A DNA stretch of 62,964 nt, the filler included, from Reticulomyxa filosa (lineage: Eukaryota; Protista; Foraminifera): assembly GCA_000512085.1 (NCBI GenBank). It is 18 parts of 18 records of this genome, joined end to end, with 100 filler letters (N's around TTAATTAATTAA, not from the genome) between each part and the next. Parts side by side here need not be neighbours in the genome. Positions count along the whole stretch, not along the records: positions 1 to 10,910 come from ASPP01002054.1; positions 11,011 to 15,096 come from ASPP01022832.1; 16 more parts are not named here. One strand, written 5' to 3'. Positions 1-12,007 of this stretch are shown one piece after another; position 1 is the stretch's first letter, and each line of letters opens with the position of its first letter. Made by a program: the position numbers and the translations under genes. The notes under the pieces are model-generated. The model made no database searches, was not told the DNA's origin, and was given only the letters and a program-made list of their open reading frames with translations.

Positions 1-665
1 CCAACTCCTCTTGAATTACGACGAAGACAAGAAGAGTCGAAGCTTTATCACAAATTTATCATATGGTCAGGTCATTCAATGGTCATAATTTTGTGTTGGC
101 ATACAAGATTTGGAATGAATTAAGATCAAAAACTCAGTTGAATTATATCTTATGTATTGTTAAATTATCGACATTATCATAGATGCATCAATGAAGCTGA
201 TGCTGGAAGAAAGTTGAACCAGATTCACATCAATATCAAATATTCCAATGCAAATTGCAATGATGCCACAATCAAATAAATCACCATTTGCGCAGATGAA
301 ATTTTGTTATCATTGGATTTTGACTGCATTGTGATTTTTGTGATATAAGTACATTTCGGAATTGGAGAATCAGGACTTATCATTCAGGATCCATATTTAC
401 CACAATGGCTGGAGTTGGAATATCCAATCAATGGTATTACAACAAATATCGTATCTGATATCGAAGCAATGAGATTTGCATTGGAATATGTGAGTAATCA
501 TTACAGATCACATTGTCTAGCATTTCCTGATTGAACTTTTGCATACAATGAATTACGTTGCAATTGGTGGATAAATGTCCAAGAATTGCCTCCCAGAAAC
601 AATTTGTCATTGTGGATCGACCGTAGAAACCAAATGTCAGAATCAAAGTTATGAATGCAACAGCA
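1..665 (+). mobile_element. Decayed non-LTR retrotransposon 3' part (RNase H-like and zinc-knuckle remnants)
   Basis: Manual + strand translation gives DCIVIFV*, then GIGESGLIIQDPYLPQWLELEYPINGITTNIVSDIEAMRFALEYV (RNase H-like beta strands and helix A), then CHCGSTVET. Stops and frameshifts are present. Confidence 0.5.
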
Positions 666-1636
666 AAGTTTGTAATCGATATCAATAGAAGGATTTGAAC
701 ATTTGTCAAATTTCTTCAAGACAATTCCAATTTAATTGAAATAACTTTATTGCTTTTTAAAAAACAAAAAGCAAAAGGAAGCAATCAACAATAATAAGCA
801 AAAACATACTGTGTATTATCAGTATGACCGCAGTATCGATGATCAATCTAGTGCTCTAAGTCCTTGTTTTCGAATTGTTGAATTCTCATAAAATATGAAA
901 TTTAATCTACAGTTAGTGATAAAATCGATCATCTTCATAAGGTGTCATCTTATGCAAAACTCAATATCTGAAATCTTAAAATTTTCAACCAGTATTTTTG
1001 CTATAAAAATTGTTTAAAAAAATAATTTCTTTTCTTTGGTTTTTGTCTTTGTTGCTTTTACCACGAATGTGCTTAGACTAAATATTTGAATGTAGTGTAA
1101 TACCCTACTAATTACAGTAGAAGTTCCATATGAACGAGTGTGCCATTTTTCCTTAATAGCCTTCACTGTCTTCTTCTTTATTTTCTTGTTTTCTTATTTC
1201 TTTGTCAATGAGTTGTTTATTTCTTTATTGTTTAACTACTTTTGTTTTCCTTTTCGAAAACTCTTTTAGTAATTACTTTCGCATTACACTTGGTGCTGTC
1301 TCTCACTATTCCAACTTGAATAAAATTCAAAATTCTTTCATATATTGTATATGTTGTAGTATATGTTTGTTTCTTCAATCTCCTTCAAAATACAAGTTTT
1401 TTTGCAAAAGTTGTCTCGAATATGAATAATATTAACAATGAATTTTTTTAAGCATGCAATTGCTGGTGCAACTTCATCTTCATCTAGCTGATACCTTTGC
1501 TTTTTCTGTAAATTTTGATAAAAATTACAAAATATTATTGATCTTCTTTCACCTGTGCATCTGATTTGAACCTGACACTATTCGTATCCTAACACAGTAT
1601 AATGCAAAAGAAAGTTTACACCTAAAATGGCATCTT

Positions 1637-1846
1637 ATAGAGATAATCGATTTCTTCTTGAAAAACAACTTTACACATAAGAATAGGAACTTGTATTTTT
1701 TTAGTATAACTTTGGTTTTTTATCAAATCTTTACCAATTGTTTCAAAAATTTGAATATTTTGTTGATTATTGAAAGTTAGCAAATTTCATGTTTATGATA
1801 CAGTCACGATTGTTATTTCTTCATGAAGAAAATCGATCGTCTCTAT
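1637..1846. repeat. Imperfect inverted-repeat pair, member of a dispersed repeat (MITE-like)
   Basis: 1637-1669 atagagataatcgatttcttcttgaaaaacaac matches the reverse complement of 1811-1846. Related copies lie at 921-960 and 26845-26980. Confidence 0.55.
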
Positions 1847-2539
1847 CTTTGCTTACAAAAAAAAAACATTAATTTTAAAACAGCGCTGTGACATTGGAGT
1901 ATCATTGCAGTCATAATGTCAATTATTCATGTTTTTGGTATATGCTGAGCATACATTGTCAGAAGATAGTATCCTAACATTTTACAAACTACTTCTTGTT
2001 TTATCTATTTTTACAACTTCATTATTTGGTTTATCCGAAATCATTTTTTGCTAATTAACTACTTGGATATGATAAAATGAGTAAAACTTCTTTCGTTCTG
2101 ATAATTTTGTCATTGTAATTTTAATCAAAAAAAAGTAAAGAATTTGTTTAGTGCGAGTGTTCGCCAAGTTATTACAAAATAAGAAGTGATGTCATTTTGA
2201 TGTTGAAAGGTCTCAAAGTGAACATCACTTGTAAAATGATAAGAAATTCAATCAAATTTAACGGACTATTTCTAACGTACTTTTGCATTGATAGGATTTG
2301 TAAACAAGAATTGATAAGAAATAAACATTATGTATGTGAAACAAGATTATACTAACATCTGAAGTTCAAAGTTTTGGACAATAAAGAGAACATACAAATT
2401 GTTAATGTAACACTTTTTCTTTGTTTTAGGTCGAACATTTGCAATTTTAGTCTTGTCCAAACAAGAAAAAAAGAACACGAAAAAATGTTTTACACTATCT
2501 AGAAAGTATCCGATAATTAAAAGGAGAAAAAGACAAACC

Positions 2540-5368
2540 TTACAAGCCAAATGTATCTCTTAACCAGCGCAAGAAAATACATTCTTCAAACAGTAAATGA
2601 AGGTTAATGTTTTGTTCGGCACTAACCTCAATATAGCTCGCACCAAATTTTTTGGCAACGTCTAAAGCGTCCGCAGAAGACACAAATGACCAGATCTCTT
2701 GAATCTGGTCAGTGACAGTTTTCTCCAATTTATTGGCCAGTAAAATAATTGGTGGTCTTTGCTGATGCAGCGAAAATGCATACGGACTTTCGTTATTCAT
2801 GATATTGTCAACATGATAGCACTTTCCTCGCTTCTGCCAAGACGGTTCGTCAGAATTGTCTTTTCCATCCTTTTCTGTATCATTGTCATTCTCATTCTTG
2901 ATATCATTATCATCCACCTCTTTGATGCCATCATTTGAAGTGAGATGGTTATGCTTTATTTCGTCACTGTCTTCCGTGTTCTTTTGAGCATGTTGCGAGA
3001 GAGGCGTAATATGCAACACAAATTCATCGAAATCTTCCATAAAGTTGACCAAACATGTTTGTGCATGCTCAAAGGTCCACAAGCTGGAGATATCAAATGG
3101 GAATATAACACAGTCAATTGTGGTGCCTTGAACTCGTAAATATTCTTGCAACGAGCTTCTGGACATGCAACAAAAATCGCTGACGCATAAATTGAAAGGA
3201 TGAGGTTTTTTGGAGTTGTGACCTCCAATCATCGTATATATTTTTTTGCGCTCATATACAATCGACGGCAGCACGTTATCTTCATATACTCCATCAAAAA
3301 ACCTTGAATCCACACAAAAACAAAAAAACAAGGAGCAACGTTCACTATATACGTATTTAAAAAAACATGGACGAGTACCGACGAATTAGCCCGTTGGAGC
3401 CATCACTAGCACTGTTACGAACAATTAAGATGTTCATGTCTCTGTGATAATTATGATTGTCATTGGTATGATTGGTGTAGGCATTGGCATTATTCGAACT
3501 GGAGTTGTGTTTCCAGTTTGTAAATCCTTTACTGGCCAGATAAATGCTCGAAGCAGTGCCATCAGTGTCTTTCGGATAGTGATGCAAGACCCTTTCATCG
3601 CTATTGCCAATGTAGGGATGATAATCACTAGAAATGTGACTGTTTCTACGTTCGTCCGAGTCTTTCTTCTCTTTATTTTTCGTGGGCAGCAAATTCATTG
3701 ACACTCGCCGAAGTCTTTGAGAGATACTGTCATTCGAACGATTGTTTTCCACTGTTGCGCGGTTCTGTGGGCGTGGCAAATGAGGGTTATTCTCTATGCC
3801 ATCGATCGCAGCGACGTCCTTCAGTGATTTTGATCGACTTCCCTCTCTGCTTTTGCTGTCGCTGTCACTCGAATGACGCCCTTTGGCCATTGGATCGCTC
3901 CCGCTGTGGCGACGAATACTGGAGTGACTGCGCCGTGGCAATGAATTAGACAATGAGTCACGTCTGCCTTTGATCCAACAATCACAAATAAACTCAAATG
4001 GCGAACCGTTTTTTTTTTTTTTTTTTTTTGCATCGAATATATTTTGTATTTGCAATTTGCAGTGCATTTGTAGCGTGCAGCATTTATAGTATGCAACATG
4101 CAGTACGTAGCAACGTAACATGTAAAGCATGACCTGTCTTTGTTTACAAAGCGTGACGATATCAAACATATAATGATAACTAATAATATCTTGTGTGAAG
4201 TCAATGCTATTGCGATGATGTTCCCTCGTCATGGGGATAAAGGGCAGCAAAATGTTTAATAGCCAACGCATGTCATAAATATGAGTAAGCATAATTTCCA
4301 AGGCATCGCGATGATAAAAACTCCAGATGTTGGTAGTCTCAATTCGTTTGAGCAAGTCACTTGGCACATGTTTTTTGCAGCATTTGGTTTGTATAACCTG
4401 CAGACCACTAGTTTTGAGCGAAACGGATGTCGCCGAAGGGGGAGGAAGAAGTGGCGATGGAAATAACAAAGGAGTAACCAAGTTACTACCATATGCAGTT
4501 GAGTCGAAGGGAGGCGTTGCTCGCTGTTCGTAGTAATTCATCTCCTCATCTCTTTCCATCTCCAACTGTTCATCCGTCTCGTCGTCCCCATTTTCTGTCG
4601 TCATAGGGGAAAACAATGGCAACTGACTCTGATTCGTCGTGCTGTCGTATGCCTAGTTCACAATCCGTTTTATTTTTTTTTGTTTGATTTGAATCAATCT
4701 ATGTTTTCGTCTCTTTTCAAACAGACAAAGACAGAGACACATATGCCTTCTCAGCAGAACTTGGTGTTTGATCTTGTTGATGGCGTGATGAATAGCAAAG
4801 TACCACTCTGCCCAATGGCGAGTTTCCCAATTTCAATACACAAAAAAAAAAACAAGCAAATGCTCGAATAAATATTTTGTAATTCAAAGTGTGCATCCAC
4901 AAGTTTAAGCACAGGACAAAAAAAAAAAAGGAAGGAAACAATTCAAAAGTCCCCCCCCCCACCTTGCTGTGTTCTGTGGTCAATCGCAGAGAAATACAAG
5001 GTTTGTTTTGTGGTGACTACAATTATCAAATTCGACCGCTTTACGGACGGGGAGGAGGTAGTTACAATACTGTCTTCATTCAGGGTTACTATTTCAGTCG
5101 GGCTTTGGTGGACTGAGGTCGTGCTTGCCTCTTTTTTGGGCTCTCCTTGAACTACTCCTTTTTTAAGACGAAATGCAAGTATTGTGTCACTTTTCAATAC
5201 CACCCATCGCTCTTTCCATCTTTTCAAGTGGCGGCCTAACACGTTACACAATCTTTTAACTTTTGAAATTAACCCAGTTTTTTTACAACCTTAAGAGTAA
5301 AGACAAACACCTTGCTTGTAGAGAAAGCCTTCTTTGAGGACTTCGGATGTTCCTGGAATAGTGGACAT
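2540..5368 (-). CDS. Multi-exon PH-domain + low-complexity + degenerate Ras-like GTPase protein (PH-Ras joining inferred)
   Basis: PH exons: MSTIPGTSEVLKEGFLYKQG/RHLKRWKERWVVLK...LYFSAIDHRTQQ/EWYFAIHHAI. Ras fold in 2540-3331: IILLANKLE, AKKFGASYIEVSAEQNINLHLLF. Intervening ORF 3357-4622. Confidence 0.6.
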
Positions 5369-5819
5369 TCCACCTATTTAAAAAAAAACTTGTCTCCTTT
5401 GACACTCAGTTTACTTGTTTGTACAGTCATATTATGTGTTGTTATTCGCAAATGAAATATAATTTTTATGCTTATTATTTTATGTTTCTTTAACTTAATA
5501 TTGGCTCAATTATATTGGTAACTACAAAAAGTTAGCTTCTTAAAAAACCCTTGTTTCTTTTTTTTTACCAATAGAATACCTTAAAAATTTGCAAAATTTG
5601 AAACAATGTCCTACATTCAATTAGCAGAAAAGTCACCAACAAATGTTGGACAAAAAAGAAAAAATTTTCATCATTTTCTTAAAAAAAGCAAGATGGAGGT
5701 TGAGGGCTTTGTAGTAGACTTAGTTTTAGAACGGACGAAAGGAAGAGAGTCAATATTGTCCCAAGCATGAAGTTCAACTATAAGTGTTATAAACCACTGA
5801 TGCATATCATTGAAGTCAT

Positions 5820-7466
5820 TTACTCACTCGACAAGCCAATACTTCCGTATTTTTTGACAGATTTGATGTTCTCAATTTTGGGAATGAAATTGACAACACG
5901 GACAAAACAAATCCACAAACAAAAGTAAACTGCTGCTAGTAGCCATAAAGCAGAGTTTAAACTGATCTTAAGATGTAAGCTACTGCATAAACTATCTCCG
6001 ATAACTTGTTTGAGTTCTTGACAATACGCCGAAAAATGGGAATCCACAACATGTTGAAAAGCACTAGGCAGCCAAATGGAGACGGCAATGCTTGCAAACA
6101 ATGCGATATCTAGAAGTAGAACAAGTTGCAAAATCAATATTACCCCACGCAATTTGATAAAAACATGGCATTTAATTGATTTACAATACACACAAAATAA
6201 GAATGTCAGCAATAGCAATACGCTTATAATCGGACACGCAATAACAAGAAATTGATATACCCAATTCAAGAATATGCCTTTTTTTTTATCAATCATATTG
6301 ATATCTCGCAATAACTTATTTCCAAAGTCTGTTAAGGTATATTGACGTGTGGGATGATAAAATACGGTGTCCGAAGAACTTACAAGTTCTCCATAGTATT
6401 CTGCAGTCATCAACGGAACAAATAGCGATACCAGCAATCCAACCGATGTTACAAATAACAAAAATCCTTTTTGTTTTTTATTTGGGTTTAAATTATTTTG
6501 CGAATGATGTACATATAATATAACATGTTGGTTGCTCCCTTTTAAGAGCCAGTCCAAAAAAAAATAAATTAGATATAACCTTGGCAAGTTACAAAATAGC
6601 TTCGTTCTGAAACAGTGTTTTGAAACAAGGTTTGAGTGTCGCTTTTGTCTGTGGAGTCGCAGTTCTCCAACTCCAAATCCTTATCATTCACGTCATCAGT
6701 GCTGTGATCCGATACAACATCATTTGCATTCATTTCCTCCGTGGAACGATAATGCCATGGGAAATAGTAGTATTTGAGTGCAATTGACAAAGCATCACTT
6801 GTCAAACTTGCACATACAAACAGTATCACACCTGTTTGTATCGCATATTAGGCTTTGTCGCAAAAGGATAAAATGTAACAAAAAATGCAAAGAATAAAAT
6901 GCAAAAAGATGTGTTTTTTGCCGCAAACCGGGTCCACATTCAATGTTGCATTGCACATTGGTCGTACTCCGAACCATTCCGGATCCACTTTTACTAAAGT
7001 TTTTCAAAGTTACATTTTGGTACAATACATTCATAATAATTACCAATCCCAACATTAATGCCCAAGACAATTTGCATATCGATTCTGTGAAATAGAATGC
7101 TTTGAGTTGATATGTTTGCCATTTTGTCTTTAATGTGTTTGACGGGACAAGCTGTTCATGCACCAGTATTGTTCCTAAAAATAGCAATAACTTCAAAAAT
7201 GGAAATATTATCCCCAAACAAACCAATCCAATAGCTCCTGTATACTTCTTTGATGACCATAGATCATGTATATGATCCGTTATTGACGATTTGTACGTTG
7301 TCTCATCACTGTCACTTACTGTAAACCAACCTGAACCAATGTATGTTATAGTCCGAACTTGCACAGTTGTAAATGTTTGCGTCAACGCAAAGCAAAAAAG
7401 TATGAACACAGTGACTATCCCAACGCCAAAACAACTTTTAACTATTAAGGATTTATATCCCAGCAT
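5820..7466 (-). CDS. PqiA (paraquat-inducible protein A)-like multi-pass membrane protein, spliced
   Basis: SITDHIHDLWSSKKYTGAIGLVCLGIIFPFLKLLL is a PqiA-like motif. A second repeat half reads YTLTDFG...FLVIACPII. Three ORF segments are separated by introns. Confidence 0.6.
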
Positions 7467-7804
7467 GTTTTTTGGAAAAGTAAATCTGTTGTCCCTTTTG
7501 TGTTTTAGTTTGTTCTGCCTGGTTTTGTTCAGTGGTTGAAGACGCTTGGATTCTGGATAAAACAAGCAGAAAAAGAGTAGTTCATAAAACTGTAAGCAAG
7601 AGTAACCCTGTTTTTTTTATAGTTGGAGAATATCGACAAGCCACAACATCTGTTTAGACAAAAAGTGATTTACAAGTATAAATGTATGAGAAATCGCCTT
7701 GTTGCAGGAATACGTTGTTGACACATAATCAATAGGGGCAAAAAAAGTATAATCTAGTTCAGAGAGAAAAAACAAGAAAGCATGTTTATTTAATGGCATT
7801 AGTA

Positions 7805-10800
7805 TTAATCATCTGATATGAGTGGTCTGAAAATTTCATCCTCGTTGCTTTGTTTGCGTCGAGAAATGGATTGACTAAGAAAATAGGATAAAGGACTTAG
7901 CCACTTATTTCCAGTAGATGTCAATTCTGTATCATAGAGTTTCAAGAATTTGAGTCGCTGCTCGAAAATTTCGTTTACGTCGTCTGCCTTGTCAAATTGT
8001 GTATGGACCCTCTTCACGGCTTCTCTCATATTTGATCTGATTAATTCATGACACGTGATTACTCCAGCAATTTTATCGTTTTCGTCTAAGCAGATTAAAT
8101 GTCGCATTGCCAAACCACGGAAAATATTATACACAATATTGATGGGTGTGTGTGGACTCACTGTTATTGGAGACAAAAACGTGTACGGAGACAAGTCGAT
8201 AAAAATCATGTCTAGTTCATGCTCTTTTAGGCCAAGTTCTTCCACGCTGACGTGCATTTTCTTTTTGTTGTAGTAATATTTCCCCGTCATACATGCAATA
8301 TATAGTGCATGTATAAATAAACATATATGTATATGTATGTATGTATATGTATGTATATATATGTATGTAGGAATTAACATATTTCCGTGAACGATCACTC
8401 ATTTGTGCTTGCGTGAGAATGTTCTTTCGAGCAAATTTCAAAAGCTTTTCAGGAGTACCGTAGTGACGATTTTGTAACAAAATCATGATGTGCCAGCGCA
8501 GGACCATTCCTGCAAAAGTGCCGGATCTTTGTGTGTACTTGTTGCGATTCTTTGTCAGCTCTTTGGGAAGTACATCGGGGCCTTGCAGTACTGGAAATGC
8601 GCCATGTTGTTTGGTGTTGTCGTTGATGACAGTTAACAGCACGCGCAAAGAGCAAACTGCCGGCAAACACACCACGTTGGGATTCATTATGTCGTGTGCA
8701 CTGATATAAGTGGGCACCCAAGAAGGCAGCTTGGGCTCCAAATACGGTATTTCCTTCAACTCCACGTGACTGTCATACAATGCTTTATTAAACCGATCTC
8801 CGATCCATTTCGATATCATCACGACGATCATGACAGGCATTAGATAGTAAATGTCGTTTGTGATCTCGACCATGATTGCCGTGAGTGATCTGTCAAGGAT
8901 TTGTACAAAAAAGAAAGTGTATTGTGACAAAGCAGAGCAAAGTCGTATATACATACATGGTCATTCGAGTGACGCCACCCAAAGTCGCGGCCGACCCGAG
9001 CAAAGCATAAACACTAATATCCAAACTTGCGCCGAACATTTGATCATACATTTGACCCATGCCATGTCCGAGCGCAGCCCCGGTGAAAATGAGAGGAATG
9101 AACAGGCCCGCAGGGGGTGCAGTGCCACACGCCAAGAGAATTAAAACATAATACACGGCCAGACAGGTAAATACTTGCGAGAGAGGGAACCAGTGGCGAC
9201 TACTCTGATGATACAGCGCGCTAATTATTGTTTCCGATTTTCCGAATAATAGCGATGCTATACATATATATATGTATATATATATATGTATATAAATATG
9301 TATGTATACATAAATATCATTAAACCTGCAGGATTGTAATAGCCTTCTTTACAAGTGAAGCGGCCAAACTTGAGCAAATTTCCGCAAGGTGAACTATTGG
9401 AAGGGTCCTCGTCACACTTCTGCTGAACGACAGAGTCGTCTCGACAACCAAAGAGTAAGGGTACGGCCAAGATGAGGAACGACGTAAGTAAGGAGACGGG
9501 TATGATTTCCAAGAACTTTGGAAGTTTGGATTTGATAAAAGACTTGCGGAATCGCAAGATGCGAACATTGATAGTGTTAAATAAAGTGCCAACAATTCCA
9601 CCAACAACGCCAATGAGAAGGAAAAAGCCTAAGTCTTTGTATCCAAAAGTGCCCAATGACGAGCCACTGGTCTGAAAATCGATCAAACTATTTTTCGAAA
9701 ATGATCCACATGTGCCGCGCGCACACCCCAACAGGAGTTGAAGCACCAAATTCGATACTGTTGCGGCAAAGAAGGCTCTCCATGTCAGTCCTGGTTGCCA
9801 AAAGGATGACACTTCTTCCAGTGCGAATAACATTCCACCGATTGGTGCTTTTGCAATTTTCCATATCACACATACATACATACATACATACATATAAAAA
9901 TCAATTATTGTTGTAATATTATGCAAGACAAAAGTACAATCCCTTTATTGCTTACCACTAAAGCCAGCAGCCACACCGGCAGCGGCGCCAACAGAAATAA
10001 AATCACGCGCATCAGCGTCATTTCGAAATGAATAACCCGCCTTAATATCGATCCCCAAAGGCTTGTTGCGCCCTAGCGTGACGCCGCTGGCAATGGCAGA
10101 ACCGATATGCACCATTGGGCCTTCCTTGCCCACTGCCAGGGAAGACGCCACGCTAAAACACAATCCAATGCATTTGACACACAGCTCTCGCATTCCAAAG
10201 AAATTGGGCACTAATGTCCCATTCAACCACGCCTATCATCAATTTGGGCGTTTGCATTATTTGGAACAGTTGCACAAAAAGGAACACAAGCAAGGAATGT
10301 AAAGAATACAATTCACACACAAACCTTGACTTCGGGAATGCCTGACCCTCCTCCGTTTGGTGCGATCACGACAACTAAGAATGCTGCAATCATACTGTAC
10401 GCCAAGTTAATGCCAGCAAATTCGATGAATCCGATCCACCAACTCCGACGTAACGCAGAATTGGCCCAATCCAACGATGCTGTTTGTAGTGTTTTAATCC
10501 CAATACTGATTATAAACATCACCAAGCCAGTCGTACTTCCAATTACTAGACACATCAGCCATTTGAACATTCCACGTCTTGATTGCTTTTTTAAACATTC
10601 ATATTTTTTTTTTTTGTGATTGTCATCTTCACGCACAAATTTTCCAAAGAATAATAAAAAAATCATACCTTTCTTTTTTCAAAAGACTTTCTGTGAATAT
10701 ATTCTGTCTCAGGTTGATTGCAATTCAATCTATCGTATCGCCGCTCTTGAGTCTTTTTGATGAAAGAGTCATAACTGTAATTAGCGCCATCCATCATTGC

Positions 10801-10823
10801 TGTGTCTTCTTCGCTCTTTTCAT
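7805..10823 (-). CDS. CLC-family chloride/proton exchanger (ClC-6/7-like) with C-terminal CBS domains, multi-exon
   Basis: GSGIPE, GKEGPMVH, GAAAGVAAGF, APIGGMLFALEEV (proton glutamate), PAGLFIP, LGGVTRMT, and CBS motifs HGAFPV and FRGLAMRHL. Confidence 0.95.
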
Positions 10824-10910
10824 GATTCTAACACATTTTTCCCCCCCCCCCCCCCACCCCCATGACAAAATGCTTTTACTTTGCAACACTAATAATACAC
10901 TCCTTTCTTT

Positions 10911-11010
10911 NNNNNNNNNNNNNNNNNNNNNNNNNNNNNNNNNNNNNNNNNNNNTTAATTAATTAANNNNNNNNNNNNNNNNNNNNNNNNNNNNNNNNNN
11001 NNNNNNNNNN
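10911..11010. other. Artificial contig linker (first of 17)
   Basis: 44 N + TTAATTAATTAA + 44 N. Identical 100-bp linkers start at 10911, 15097, 17776, 22471, 24493, 25872, 32969, 36143, 40516, 42620, 45593, 49197, 51003, 52615, 53719, 58426 and 61377. Confidence 0.99.
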
Positions 11011-12007
11011 CCAAACACAATCAAGTTTCATTTGCACTGTTGAAAAAAAGAAAAGAATGATGATGTACCAATTTACTTGCTTGTATTAGTTCTATGGACT
11101 TTTTATCTCAAGGTTAAACGTGGTCAAAAAATCTTCGATTATCATCAATATCCATTTGTTGGGATCTCAAAAAATAAATCTTCTTTTGTTTCTTTAATCA
11201 AGTAGAAATTTAAACAAATACACACTAAATCCCAATTCGAGCTGTTATTGTTTTTTTGTTAATCTCAATTACTCATCTTTTGCTTTTGCCAATTAAAAAT
11301 ATAAATTAATTTTTTGTAATTTTTTTTTATATACTTTGATAAACACAGTCCATCAAACAAATTCGTCTGCTGTTCAAATTAACATTATGTAGTCTTATCT
11401 AACGGTAATTTTAGTTTGGTTAAATGCTAGCAGAAACAATATATTGCTTCACAAAACTAAATCCAAACATATTAGGCGCAAAATTTATTTTGAATGAGTA
11501 GCTAATCCATTAAAAAAGTGTAAATTTTGGTATTTCAGGATACAAAGATACTATTGACCGCTAGAAAAAACCTCATTAAAATCAAGATTATCTCAAAAAC
11601 TCATGACATTGAAGACAAACGTTTTAAAAATATCTACATGATGTTAAGTTTATGAAAAAAAAGTAAAACTATGAGACATGTCAATTTTAATAACTGAAGC
11701 TATCTTGTTTCACTGAAATTGAAAAAATTAAAATAGAAATTACAATTTTTTTTCATGAATAAAATTACAAACATTTGTGAGGATTGATTTTATTCTATTT
11801 TAATTGCATAAAAAATAATGTTACAGTTACAAAATTCCAAGTTATTGTGTTTTGGATGAAGCGACTAAACATTAGCAATTACCAAATCAATAAATTGTGT
11901 AATACAAACAATTCACACATTTGCTTTATTTTAGATAAATGTAACAAATTTGGATGAAATTTTGTTTTATAATAAATAGTTCACATTTATTGGCAAATTT
12001 TTGTGAA

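Noticed and set aside
10955-10966. Recurrent TTAATTAATTAA palindrome as a biological repeat, telomere or CRISPR repeat
   Set aside because: It is always centred in 88 Ns and supplies six-frame stops, so it is an assembly linker. Gene neighbourhoods across it are meaningless.
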